Assembly: GCA_963828735.1 (NCBI GenBank)
Contig: CAWHFW010000005.1
Span: 1,120,001-1,184,000 of the forward strand
Reading direction: 5' to 3'
From: an uncultured Gemmatimonadales bacterium
GTDB taxonomy: Bacteria > Gemmatimonadota > Gemmatimonadetes > Gemmatimonadales > GWC2-71-9
DNA length: 64,000 nt
A model generated the notes under the pieces. The model was not told the origin of the DNA and ran no database searches. It was given only the letters and a program-made list of their open reading frames with translations. Position numbers and translations under genes: made by a program. Below, one piece after another: positions 38,437 to 48,094 of the stretch; positions within the stretch are counted from its first letter, which is position 1; each line of letters starts with the position of its first letter.

Positions 38437-40151
38437 CCGGCTGTCTCCTTGACCACTTCTTCGAGGGTGGTGATGCCGCGCTCGATCTTCTTGATGCCGT
38501 CCATGCGCAAGGTGAGCATCCCCTCGGAGACCGCCTGATCCTGCATCTCGGAGACGGAAGCGCCGCGGAGAATCATTCGCCGCAGCTCGGGCGACATCGC
38601 CATGACCTCATAGAGGCCTGCCCGGCCCTTGTAGCCAGTGCCGTTGCAGGTATCGCAGCCGGTGCCCTTCATGAACGGAATTGCCCGCAGTTTCTCAAGA
38701 TCCGTGCCCAGGGAGGCAATTTGGTCCTCGGTGTACTTGTGCGGACCTTTGCACTCCTTGCAGATGCGCCGGACCAATCGCTGTGCCGCGACGAGGTTTA
38801 CGGCGCTGGCCACGTTGAAGGCCTCGATGCCCATGTCGATCATACGGGTGATCGTGCTGGGGGCGTCGTTGGTGTGCAGCGTGGAGAGCACCAGGTGGCC
38901 GGTGAGCGCGGCCTTGATGGCAATGCCGCCCGTCTCCAGGTCCCGGATCTCGCCGATCATGATGATGTTCGGGTCCTGCCGCAGGAACGCCTTGAGCGCG
39001 GCCGCGAAGGTGAGGCCGATCTCGGTTCGCACCAGCACCTGGTTGATGCCCATCAGGTTGTACTCGACCGGATCCTCGGCGGTCATGATGTTGACTTCGG
39101 GCGTGTTGACCCGGGACAGCGCCGAGTAGAGTGTCGTCGTCTTGCCCGAGCCCGTCGGGCCGGTGACGAGCACCATGCCGTACGGGTTCAGGATCGCCTT
39201 CATCAGGTCCTTCTCCGCCTTCACCTCGAACCCGAACTTGGTCAGGTCGAGGGTGAGGTTCCCCTTGTCGAGGATTCGGAGCACGATCTTCTCGCCGTAC
39301 AGCACCGGCAGCGTCGAGACGCGGAAGTCGATGACGCGGTTCCCCATCTTGAGCTTGAGGCGCCCGTCCTGGGGAACGCGCCGCTCGGCGATGTTGAGCT
39401 GCGAGAGGATCTTGATGCGTGAGGTGAGCGCCGCCTTCATCCTGAGCGGCGGACGCATGATCTCGAGCAGCGCGCCGTCGATCCGGTAGCGCACCCGGAT
39501 CTCGTGTTCGAACGGCTCGATGTGGATGTCGCTCGCGCCCCGCTTCACCGCCTCGATCAGCAACCCGTTGATGAGTTTGACCACCGGCGCGTCCTCGATC
39601 TGCGCCTGGGTGGCGGTCTCTTCCTCCTGTTCCTCGACGACCTCCAGGTCCTCGCCCGCGGCCTCCATGTCCTTGAGGAGGGTATCGAGCTCCTGCTGGT
39701 TGTTGCCCGACTGGTAGTGCTTTTCGATCAGCGCGCGCAGGGTGTACTCCCCGGCGATGACCGGGAAGAGATCGAAGCGGGTGATGAACTTGAGGTCTTC
39801 GAGCAGGCCGAGGTCGCTCGGATCGGCCATGGCGACGGTGAGCGTCCGCCCTTCGCGCTTGAGCGGGAGCACGACGCCTTTGGCGGCCATGTCCCCGGGC
39901 ACGAGCTTCAGGATCTTGGGGTCGACATCGAACCGCGACAGATCCACCGCCGGCATCCGGTACTGGCGGGCGAGGATCTTGGTGATCTCGATTTCCGGGA
40001 CGAGCCCCAGCTTCACCAGGACGAAGCCCAGGCGTTGCTTGGAGGCCTTCTGCTCGAGGAGCGCCTGTGTGAGCTGCTCGCGCGAGATGAGGCCATCACG
40101 CAGAAGGTTTTCGCCGAGCCGGTCGCTGCCGCCCGCCGCTGCGGTTGCCAT
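38433..40151 (-). CDS. pilB: type IV pilus assembly ATPase
   Basis: RLGE N-terminus, ASDIHIEP, RVPQDGR, GPTGSGKTT, LRQDP, tetracysteine motif. Confidence 0.96.
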   Translation of the reverse strand: MATAAAGGSDRLGENLLRDGLISREQLTQALLEQKASKQRLGFVLVKLGLVPEIEITKILARQYRMPAVDLSRFDVDPKILKLVPGDMAAKGVVLPLKREGRTLTVAMADPSDLGLLEDLKFITRFDLFPVIAGEYTLRALIEKHYQSGNNQQELDTLLKDMEAAGEDLEVVEEQEEETATQAQIEDAPVVKLINGLLIEAVKRGASDIHIEPFEHEIRVRYRIDGALLEIMRPPLRMKAALTSRIKILSQLNIAERRVPQDGRLKLKMGNRVIDFRVSTLPVLYGEKIVLRILDKGNLTLDLTKFGFEVKAEKDLMKAILNPYGMVLVTGPTGSGKTTTLYSALSRVNTPEVNIMTAEDPVEYNLMGINQVLVRTEIGLTFAAALKAFLRQDPNIIMIGEIRDLETGGIAIKAALTGHLVLSTLHTNDAPSTITRMIDMGIEAFNVASAVNLVAAQRLVRRICKECKGPHKYTEDQIASLGTDLEKLRAIPFMKGTGCDTCNGTGYKGRAGLYEVMAMSPELRRMILRGASVSEMQDQAVSEGMLTLRMDGIKKIERGITTLEEVVKETAG

Positions 40152-40221
40152 TGAGTCCCGTGAGATCCGGATATGAGAGTGGTCGGGAGTGCAAGCGGCT
40201 GAAACCCGCGGAGACGGTGGG

Positions 40222-40881
40222 TCATCGACCCCCTACGCTCACGCGATCCTTCAGCCGAGCCAGGGCAGCCGCACCGAAACCCGGTACCCGAGCTAATTCT
40301 TGCACAGCACGGAACGGGCCGTTGGTCTCCCTATAGCTGACGATGGCCCGGGCGCCGGCCGGGCCGATGCCCGGGAGGGCGTCCAACATCGAGACATCGG
40401 CGGTGTTCAGGTTCACGACGGCCGCACCGGAAGGATCGGCCGGAGCCCCCGGCCGCGTTGAGGTTACCGCGAGCCTAGCGCCCAGGGACGAGGGCCCGGA
40501 GAAGGCAAGGTGCGGGCCTATGGCGGCCAGGAGACCGGCCCCGACGCCGGGGACCCGGTCGAGGCCGGCCAGCTCCCCGAATGGACCCCGAGCCTCGCGA
40601 TCCGCCACGATTTTCTTGGCGAGCGCGAGACCTACCCGGGGCAGCCTGGCCAGATCCGTGGCGGAGGCCCGGTCCGCATCGATTCGCTCGGAGGGACCGA
40701 GGGGCCGCGCGCGGGCGAGGATGCTGTCCCGGTGCGCGGCCGGCGAGCGCGGCGGCAGGGCGGCCAGTAGCTGGATTTCGCCCGGTGCATCGCCGGGCCT
40801 GACCAGCCACCAGCGGACACCCTGGCCCACGAGCCCCAGCGAGAGCAGCAGGAGCAGCGCGCGACGTTCCGCGGCGGACAT
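40222..40881 (-). CDS. comEA: ComEA-like DNA-binding protein with two HhH domains
   Basis: N-terminal TM; LARLPRVG...RVPGVG and VNLNTA..LDALPGIGP..ARAIVSYRE.NGPF. Confidence 0.85.
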   Translation of the reverse strand: MSAAERRALLLLLSLGLVGQGVRWWLVRPGDAPGEIQLLAALPPRSPAAHRDSILARARPLGPSERIDADRASATDLARLPRVGLALAKKIVADREARGPFGELAGLDRVPGVGAGLLAAIGPHLAFSGPSSLGARLAVTSTRPGAPADPSGAAVVNLNTADVSMLDALPGIGPAGARAIVSYRETNGPFRAVQELARVPGFGAAALARLKDRVSVGGR

Positions 40882-40974
40882 GGAACGATGCTAGATCTGC
40901 GGGGAGGATGGTGCAGAGGCAGGATGCCGCGCGAGAGGCCGGAATCGCGCGGCGAGGTGACGGCGATTTCGGCG

Positions 40975-41877
40975 CTACTGCTCTCGCCGCACCAGTTCGA
41001 GCGCGACGTCACCGACGATCTGGAGACTCGCGCCGCTCACCTTGTCGATCGTGTCGTCCTTGGTGTGCCACGAGGGATAGTCGAAGTCCACGACGTCGAT
41101 GGCGCGGATGCCAACCTTCTGCAGCTCCAGGTGGTCATCGATCAGGGTGTGCTTCGGCGTGGCGACGAACGTGCCCGCGTAGCCCAGGTCCTTCGCGGTG
41201 TTCCAGACGAGCTCGACCACCTCGGGCGCTCCGACCAGCGAGTTCCCTTCCTCGAAAATCTGCAGGTCCTTGTCGGCGATGAGATCGAACAGGACCGCGT
41301 AGAGCGGCTGCGCGCCGGGCGCCTGGTGCGCGGCGTAATAGCGCGACCCGATCAGGACGTCCTTCGGCGTCTTGGTGAAGTCGCCGTAGTCCTCGCCGTC
41401 CACGAACAGCAGATCCACCCCGACCGTCGGCGGGGCGCGCTTGAGCACATCGGCCACGCCGAGCAGCAGGGCAACGCCAGAGGCGCCGTCGTTGGCGCCG
41501 GGCACCGGCTTGGTCGAGTCGGTGGACGTAGGGCTGTCCGCGGTCGGGCGACTGTCCCAGTGCGCGAGGAACAGGAGCCGCTTGCTTGCGCCGGGCTTGA
41601 ACCGCGCGACGAAGTTGGTGAGCGCGAGCGAGTCGCGGGCGGCGGTGACGTGGGTCCAGGACTGCACGATCAGGGTGTCGGAGCGCTGGCGCAGCAACGA
41701 GTCGAGCCACGCCGTCATCCGCTGGTGTGCCTCGGTCCCCGGAATGCGAGGACCAAACGCCACCTGGGCCTCGAGGTAGCGGAACGCCGAGGTGCCGTCG
41801 AACTCGCGCACGTGCGGCTTCGACTCGCGGCAGGCCGGGAGCAGAAGCGCAGCGAGAAGCAGATATCGGCGTCGCAT
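40975..41877 (-). CDS. M28-family lipoprotein, glutaminyl-cyclase-like
   Basis: Lipobox LPAC; QVAFGPRIPGTEAH, AHWDSRP, GANDGASG, DGEDYG, DDH, WHT.DD. Confidence 0.85.
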   Translation of the reverse strand: MRRRYLLLAALLLPACRESKPHVREFDGTSAFRYLEAQVAFGPRIPGTEAHQRMTAWLDSLLRQRSDTLIVQSWTHVTAARDSLALTNFVARFKPGASKRLLFLAHWDSRPTADSPTSTDSTKPVPGANDGASGVALLLGVADVLKRAPPTVGVDLLFVDGEDYGDFTKTPKDVLIGSRYYAAHQAPGAQPLYAVLFDLIADKDLQIFEEGNSLVGAPEVVELVWNTAKDLGYAGTFVATPKHTLIDDHLELQKVGIRAIDVVDFDYPSWHTKDDTIDKVSGASLQIVGDVALELVRREQ

Positions 41878-41931
41878 GGGCAGGATGAAACCGCGCTCGG
41901 GTGGGAAAGTCAACGAGCAGCGATGATGGTG

Positions 41932-44900
41932 CTACCGGTAGTCGCCGGCGAACAACGAGAGCTGGAACGAGGCGATGATCGAGAGCTGCGACGTCCGGCG
42001 GCTCAGGTGCCGTGCGTCGTTCAAGGTATACCCGACCTGGAGGCCCCCGCTCAGCGTCTGCAACAAATCCGTGTCCACGCCGCCGCGCACCTCGCGTCGC
42101 CGCACATCCGAGATCAGGATGCAGTCGCCCACGTCGCCCTGGTGGATGCAGGTGCGGGCCTTCGTCTGCAGGTACGTGAGCGAGCTCCGCACCGGCTTCC
42201 GCGCGCGGCTCACGGAGCGTGGCAGCCGGATGGTGTACGTGAGCGAGCCGGTGACATCGTTCTGCTGGAGCTGGGTCTCGTTTCCGTTGGACAGGTTGTC
42301 CTGGCCAAGCGTGGTGAGGCCGAGCGTGACGTTTAGGCCGTTCCGGAATCCGAGCTGGACATCCGGCGTCACGGACGACGACTTGATGCTGGTGAGCGCC
42401 GGCGCGCCGCCCCGATTCCCCTGCATCGACGTGCCCTCGCGACGCCGGAACGCGGTCCCAACCGCGACGATCGTGAACGGACCCCCGCGGAACGTGCGGC
42501 TCCAGCGGACGTTCCCGACCGGCCACTCGGTCTGCTGGGTCTCGGTCTCGATGAAGGCCTCGCCCACGCGCTGCAGACGAGTGGTCCGGCTGAGCGCGTG
42601 CGAGATGGTGAAGGTGACGCCGTACGGCAGGTCCGCTCCGGTGGCCACGGTGGCGGTCCGCGTCTCGGAGACGCCGCGAGCCGCCTCGCCTTCCTGCACC
42701 AGGAAGTCGTCGAGGCCGCCCAGCGCGAGCTGGTATCTCAGGCTCGGATCGAACGCGTTCAGGTCGTAGGTGGACGTGCGGGTGAGCCGCGTGCTCGCGT
42801 CGATCGGCCGGACGCGCGCCATCGTCTTGCCGATGCCGCTGCTGTCCCCGGCGATCAGGCGGAGGGCGCGCGCGAAGTCCACCGACGCGCCGAGCTCGTT
42901 GGTTCGGGCGTTGTTGAGGGTCTGGGGCAGAATGAACGCGCCGCTGTCCCCATCCGCCCGCACCGGATCGCGACTCGAGAGCGTCCGGCTCAGCACGAAG
43001 TTGCTGGTGGTGATGAACCGCGGCCGGAGCCAGGACGCGAGGTTTGGCGTCAAGGCGAGCGCCGTCGCCACCGTCCGGTCGCGCTCGACCCCTACCGGAA
43101 TGCCCAGAAAGAACCGACGCTCCGCGTAGGCCAGTCGTCCGATCGGCGACGAGTCCGGATACACCCGAAGGTCGCGGGTGCTGGCCAAGTCGCCGCTCAG
43201 GTTGAGCATGCCCAGGGGCTGCCAGGTGAGGCCCGCAGAGTTGCGCCAGAGATGGTTGAGGGCCAGCGTCGGCTGGAAGGCGTCGTCGTCGCTTCGCGCG
43301 ACGGGGAACCGGAAGGCCGTCGAGTTGGACTCATCCCGGTTGAGCCCGCTCGCCAGACGGAACCGGGTGGGATTCACGCTCAGGTCCGCCCGCTCGAGGC
43401 TTTTCCCGATCTCGCCCTCACGCATGAACTTCGGCAGCACGCTGGCGATGCCCCCGAGGCCGAGGTGGATGCCACGGCGGCGCGATTGTACCTGGTATGT
43501 CACGTTCATGGTGTAGGAGTTGGACTGGACCTCCGACAATTCGGTGATCGCGTGCCCCTGGGTATAGCTCGCCGCGGCCGAGAGCGGATCGAACAGGCCC
43601 TTCGTCAGCCAGGTCCGTCCGGGTATCGCACGGCGAATCCCCATGGTGACAGTCCCGCTCCGGGTGTCCGGCTTCCGCAGTCCGCTCAGCGCGTCCCCGC
43701 GAATGTCGGTGCCGGTCAGCAGCTCCGGGTTGGTCGCCGTCCGCGCGTAGGCGACCGTCACCGGCACCGCGAGCCCGAGGTTGGTGGGCAGGAAGCGCTC
43801 GAGCCGGAGGTTGCCGCCCATCTGGAGCACGTCGGTGCCAAGGTAGGACGGATCCTGGTTGATCTGCCGGAACTGGCCGTTCTGCTTGATGAACGCGACC
43901 GACAGCGCGGCCACGTCCGAGGCGACGAGCCGCGCGTCGACCGACGCGGCTGTGCCGGTCTGGGAGACGGGATCGGTGAGTCGGATGTCGTCCACCCACA
44001 GCTCCGCCTCCTCCGTGGTGACCGTCTGGCCCACCCGGTAGATGCCGGCCGAGATCTCCTGCACCGCCGCGAGGTTCGGTGGATTCACCCCGGGGTCGGC
44101 GACATGCACGAGATAGGGCCCCTCGCATGCCACGTACGCCCCGGTGTCCAGGGTGCCGCACTCGGCGGCGCCCGACGGCGGCTGACCGCTGAGCCAGCGA
44201 TTCTCGACGTCGGCCCGAAGCCGCCGAAGCGTCTCGAGGTCGATCGTCACCTCGGGCGTCCAGGTATCGGAGCGCGCCGGCGCGCGGTAGAGATAGAAGT
44301 TGTTGTTGTCGCTGCCGAGCTTGAGGTACGCCTGCAGATCTCCCTCGTTCCACCCGGGGCCGCGGCCCCGCATCCAGACGCCAAGCGTTCGATAGGTCAG
44401 CAGGTTCTGCGCGCCCGCGGGAAATCGCAGATATGCTTCGGCGCGCTCGCCCAGGCGGAGGTCCTGTGCGATGATCCGGAGCGACTTCTCGTTGATCTGG
44501 GTGCCTTCCGATTGCTGATCACCACCGCGCCGGGCGACGTCGTCGGTCACGCCCGGCGGCGATTCGTAGCCCAGGTCGGTCTGGTTCTCGGTGGAGACAA
44601 CCGAGGTGACGATCTCGCCGTGCGCCTCGCCGGTGGCGCCCGTGAGGCCGAGGATCGGCGTATCCGACCGGCGCACCCAGGGCGACCCCACGAACCGGAG
44701 CCGCGCCATGGCGAAGCGCGCCACGATGTCGGGCTGCCCCGGGTCGGGCGGCGCAACGACCGTCAGCCGGAGATGCTGGACGAGGCGGAGTGTCGGGGTG
44801 TTGAGCGTCTTGCTCGGCCTCCGGATGGGAATGCGGTAGAGCTTCCAGGTGGCGGTGTGGCCCTGTTCGTCGGTCGTGGTGACGCCGTTCCGGACGTAGA

Positions 44901-47900
44901 AGCTGTCGGCGGCGAGATCCACGATGTAGCGGAAGACGTTCTCGTTTGAGCCCGTGAGGTCGAGACCGGTGTCGCCGTTCAGGTCCTCGGTGTCGAGGAC
45001 ACCGTTGCCGTTGGTGCAGCGGGAGCTCAGGTCGCCCCACGGGAAGACCGGCACTTCGCTGCTCAGGGCGCGGACGCAGAGCGGCAGGTCCTCGACCGGC
45101 GGGAGCCCGGCTTCTTGGATCGAATCGGGTCGGTCGCCCAGGATGCCGACGTCGTCGGTCTCGGCGTTGAAGATCCCGACCTCGGTGCGTTCGGTGTTCA
45201 GCGTCCCGAGGCCCACGTACTGCCGCCCGGTGTACAGTGTGTCCGCGCCGTTGGGGGTCAGGGAGTCGGGCGCCAGGGCGATGGCGTCCTCGCTCACGGT
45301 GCCCAGATCGATGACCAGCCTCATGCCGGCCGAGTCGGCGGGCTCGCCGGCAGGCTGGAACAGCCAGAACTCGAGGAAATCGTCGTTGCTGAGGTCGAGC
45401 CCGGTCGGGCTCAGCGACGTCACCATCGATCGCCACCGCGGCCGGAAGTCCCGGCGCGGCAGGGACCAGCGCGAGGCATTGTTCCGCTGCACGATGCCGC
45501 CGGCGGTGTCGGCATGCAGCGCCATGTACATGATGGTCTCGGGGTTGGCGCCGGCGCCCGCGACCCTGATCAACGTGTCGATGTCCTGCGGCCGGAGCTC
45601 CAGGGGGGTGCCGTTGGGTCCCGGAATCAGGTTCTGCCAGGTGAGGGCCACGGCGTCGGCCGGATCGAACCCGCCGGCGAACCCGATGTCCTCGAGGCCG
45701 TCGGGCTGTTGCGGGCGACTGCCGAACTCCCACTGCGTCTCGCCGAGGCTCACGTCGACGCCCGCATCGCCCTCGAATTCCTCGAGATACGCCTGTCCGG
45801 ACCGGTTGGGGTCCGGCTTGGTGAAGGCGAACTCGGCGTTCACGTCGAACAGCGAGGGCGCCGACGCTTCCTTGGTCACCAGCTTGTTCAGGAAGCTGTT
45901 GACCCACGTCGGCTTGAAGTGGAGCTCGGTGTTCACGCCGCCGATGAGGTTGGCCGACGCCTCGAACCCGAGCGCCGGGCGCGTGAACGCGCTCTGTTCC
46001 CGCTGGTACAGGCCGATCAGGTTGATGGCGCCGCGATCGCCGAGCGAATAGCGGGTGGCCATGCCGAGGATGCTCGTGGGCGCCACGGCGAACAGGCCCT
46101 GCTCCTCGAACCGAGCCGTCACCTGCGCCGACCCCGTGCCGAACAGCGCGTCGGGGTTGAGGAACGTCACCTGCCCGACGTCGTAGGAGATGGAGTAGTC
46201 CACCCCGCGCACCAGTTTCCGTCCGGCGACGTAGAGCTGCTCGCTGTTCTCGCGGAGCTGGAGCGCGTTCAGGGTGAGCGTCGAGCGGTCGCCGCCGCCG
46301 GTGGCGTTGTACTGGAGGCGCACGGCGAACTTGGCCGGCGGCCCCTGGGACAGGAGAAGAAAGAGCGGTGTTCGGTACAGCGAGTCGGACGCCTCGGCGG
46401 GTGTCAGGCGAGCGGGATCGGCGAACGGCTGGAGACTCGGGAACACGATGTACGATTCGCGAACGACCTGGGAGGCGTCCGTATCCTGCTGGCGCGGAAA
46501 GAGGCGGTTGGTGCGATCGAACACCGTCGCGTCGCTTGGCACCGCGAGGCCCAGCTGTTGCAAGTACGTTTCCGCGTTGCCGGCGAGCGGACGCTCGGAG
46601 CGGTTGAGCGTGATCCCCACCAGCAGCGAGCTAGGGTCGAGGTCGGCGCCGGCCACCCGGTACACCTGTCGCATCTCGTAGCGGAACGTCGGGAGGCTCG
46701 GCCCCTGCTGCGGCTGGACGATCAGCTCGAGCGTGTCCCGCGCCTGCGGGACCCCGGCGACGGTGACGGTGCCGCGATCGACTTCGGGGAAGGTGCCGAC
46801 GACGTTGTCCGCCGCCGTGCGATAGCTGACCGCGAGGTAGTCGTTCACGTCGAGCTTGGTGCCCAGGACGATCCAGAGGCCCGACTCGTCCAGGAAGTAG
46901 TCGGTGCCCTGGATGAGCAGCTCCCAGCGGACGGGGCCAAACTGCTGGGGGCTGTCGCCTCGGCGGGCCAGCGCCGTTATGCCGCCCAGATTCGGGTTGA
47001 CCCCGCTCTTGCTGCTGGCGGCGCGGTAGCGGTAGATCCGCACCTGGCTCGGCCGGTAGGTGGGCGAGAGGGCATCCGGTGATAGCTTGAGGATGTCGAG
47101 CGCCGGGTAGCCCGGCAGGCTGTCCGGGTCGACGACCCAGAAGAAGCGGCCGCTCTCGAAGTCGAGGTCGCGCACCTGGCGGTCCTGCGCCTGACTCGTC
47201 GTCTGGCCGACCGTGTACGTCCGCTCGGAGACCACGCTTCCCTTCTGGGTGGCCGCGAGCGTCTGGAGCGTCACCGGTCCCACCTCGAAGGTGGCGTTCA
47301 CGCCGAAGTTGTTGGCGGGGACGGCGGCGGTGATGAAGCGCGACGGGGGCGGCTGGAAGACCACGGTGCCGATGTCCACGCGCCGGACGATCTCGTCCTC
47401 CAGACCCTCGTAGTAGATCTGGACGTTGTTGTTGCTGGAGTAATCCCGCTCGGTATCGAAGTCCACATTCACGTGGACCCGTTGGCCGAGCAGGCCGCTC
47501 GAACGGATATTCACCTGGTTGTCGAGGCTCGGGGCCTTGAAGCCGCCGCGACAGCCGGAATTCGGGTCGAGCGACAGCGCCGGGGTACACCGTTCCTCGC
47601 GAACGCGGTCGGTCCGGATCTCGAGTCGGGCCTGGCCGTCCAGGGTCAAGTCGGCGTATTTCGTGGGGAGCCCGAGGACGTTCTTTCGGGCCGGCTGCCC
47701 TTCCTCCTCCCCGGCGAGCGGCAGATCGGCGATCCCGTAGAGATTTCGGAGCCGGAAGGCGAGCTGGCGATCGGCACGATCGGCGGCCACCGTGGCGGCG
47801 ACCACGCTGTCGAAAGCCTCCAGCCGGAGGCCGGGCGCCAGACGAGGGCCACCCATCCAGGAGGCTCGGAGCGCGGCTGGTTGCTGGAGAGCGAGCGGGG

Positions 47901-48006
47901 GTTGCTCGAAGCGGACCCGGACACCGAGCGTCGTCGTATCCGCTTGCGCGCAGAGCACCCGAGGCAGCCAGATCAGGCAGCCCAGGGCGACCAGGAAACG
48001 AGTCAC
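41932..48006 (-). CDS. sprA: SprA/Sov-like giant outer-membrane protein (T9SS translocon homologue)
   Basis: 2024 aa with signal peptide; VNVDFDTE...YEGLEDEIVRRVDIG, YEMRQVY, LVRGVDYSISYDVGQV, LDTEDLNG, WKLYRIPI, NEKSL, ELWVDDIRL; C-terminal amphipathic beta strands. Confidence 0.85.
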   Translation of the reverse strand: MTRFLVALGCLIWLPRVLCAQADTTTLGVRVRFEQPPLALQQPAALRASWMGGPRLAPGLRLEAFDSVVAATVAADRADRQLAFRLRNLYGIADLPLAGEEEGQPARKNVLGLPTKYADLTLDGQARLEIRTDRVREERCTPALSLDPNSGCRGGFKAPSLDNQVNIRSSGLLGQRVHVNVDFDTERDYSSNNNVQIYYEGLEDEIVRRVDIGTVVFQPPPSRFITAAVPANNFGVNATFEVGPVTLQTLAATQKGSVVSERTYTVGQTTSQAQDRQVRDLDFESGRFFWVVDPDSLPGYPALDILKLSPDALSPTYRPSQVRIYRYRAASSKSGVNPNLGGITALARRGDSPQQFGPVRWELLIQGTDYFLDESGLWIVLGTKLDVNDYLAVSYRTAADNVVGTFPEVDRGTVTVAGVPQARDTLELIVQPQQGPSLPTFRYEMRQVYRVAGADLDPSSLLVGITLNRSERPLAGNAETYLQQLGLAVPSDATVFDRTNRLFPRQQDTDASQVVRESYIVFPSLQPFADPARLTPAEASDSLYRTPLFLLLSQGPPAKFAVRLQYNATGGGDRSTLTLNALQLRENSEQLYVAGRKLVRGVDYSISYDVGQVTFLNPDALFGTGSAQVTARFEEQGLFAVAPTSILGMATRYSLGDRGAINLIGLYQREQSAFTRPALGFEASANLIGGVNTELHFKPTWVNSFLNKLVTKEASAPSLFDVNAEFAFTKPDPNRSGQAYLEEFEGDAGVDVSLGETQWEFGSRPQQPDGLEDIGFAGGFDPADAVALTWQNLIPGPNGTPLELRPQDIDTLIRVAGAGANPETIMYMALHADTAGGIVQRNNASRWSLPRRDFRPRWRSMVTSLSPTGLDLSNDDFLEFWLFQPAGEPADSAGMRLVIDLGTVSEDAIALAPDSLTPNGADTLYTGRQYVGLGTLNTERTEVGIFNAETDDVGILGDRPDSIQEAGLPPVEDLPLCVRALSSEVPVFPWGDLSSRCTNGNGVLDTEDLNGDTGLDLTGSNENVFRYIVDLAADSFYVRNGVTTTDEQGHTATWKLYRIPIRRPSKTLNTPTLRLVQHLRLTVVAPPDPGQPDIVARFAMARLRFVGSPWVRRSDTPILGLTGATGEAHGEIVTSVVSTENQTDLGYESPPGVTDDVARRGGDQQSEGTQINEKSLRIIAQDLRLGERAEAYLRFPAGAQNLLTYRTLGVWMRGRGPGWNEGDLQAYLKLGSDNNNFYLYRAPARSDTWTPEVTIDLETLRRLRADVENRWLSGQPPSGAAECGTLDTGAYVACEGPYLVHVADPGVNPPNLAAVQEISAGIYRVGQTVTTEEAELWVDDIRLTDPVSQTGTAASVDARLVASDVAALSVAFIKQNGQFRQINQDPSYLGTDVLQMGGNLRLERFLPTNLGLAVPVTVAYARTATNPELLTGTDIRGDALSGLRKPDTRSGTVTMGIRRAIPGRTWLTKGLFDPLSAAASYTQGHAITELSEVQSNSYTMNVTYQVQSRRRGIHLGLGGIASVLPKFMREGEIGKSLERADLSVNPTRFRLASGLNRDESNSTAFRFPVARSDDDAFQPTLALNHLWRNSAGLTWQPLGMLNLSGDLASTRDLRVYPDSSPIGRLAYAERRFFLGIPVGVERDRTVATALALTPNLASWLRPRFITTSNFVLSRTLSSRDPVRADGDSGAFILPQTLNNARTNELGASVDFARALRLIAGDSSGIGKTMARVRPIDASTRLTRTSTYDLNAFDPSLRYQLALGGLDDFLVQEGEAARGVSETRTATVATGADLPYGVTFTISHALSRTTRLQRVGEAFIETETQQTEWPVGNVRWSRTFRGGPFTIVAVGTAFRRREGTSMQGNRGGAPALTSIKSSSVTPDVQLGFRNGLNVTLGLTTLGQDNLSNGNETQLQQNDVTGSLTYTIRLPRSVSRARKPVRSSLTYLQTKARTCIHQGDVGDCILISDVRRREVRGGVDTDLLQTLSGGLQVGYTLNDARHLSRRTSQLSIIASFQLSLFAGDYR

Positions 48007-48026
48007 TCTAGAGGATCACACGAGGC

Positions 48027-48055
48027 TTGAGGATGATGGATCACGCCAATATAAT
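48027..48055 (+). promoter_or_regulatory. sigma-70 promoter of lptFG
   Basis: TTGAGG-N17-TATAAT in the 88-bp sprA/lptF divergent gap. Confidence 0.6.
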
Positions 48056-48094
48056 GCCTCGAACAACCCCTTACAACTGTATGAGTTAGCCGTC

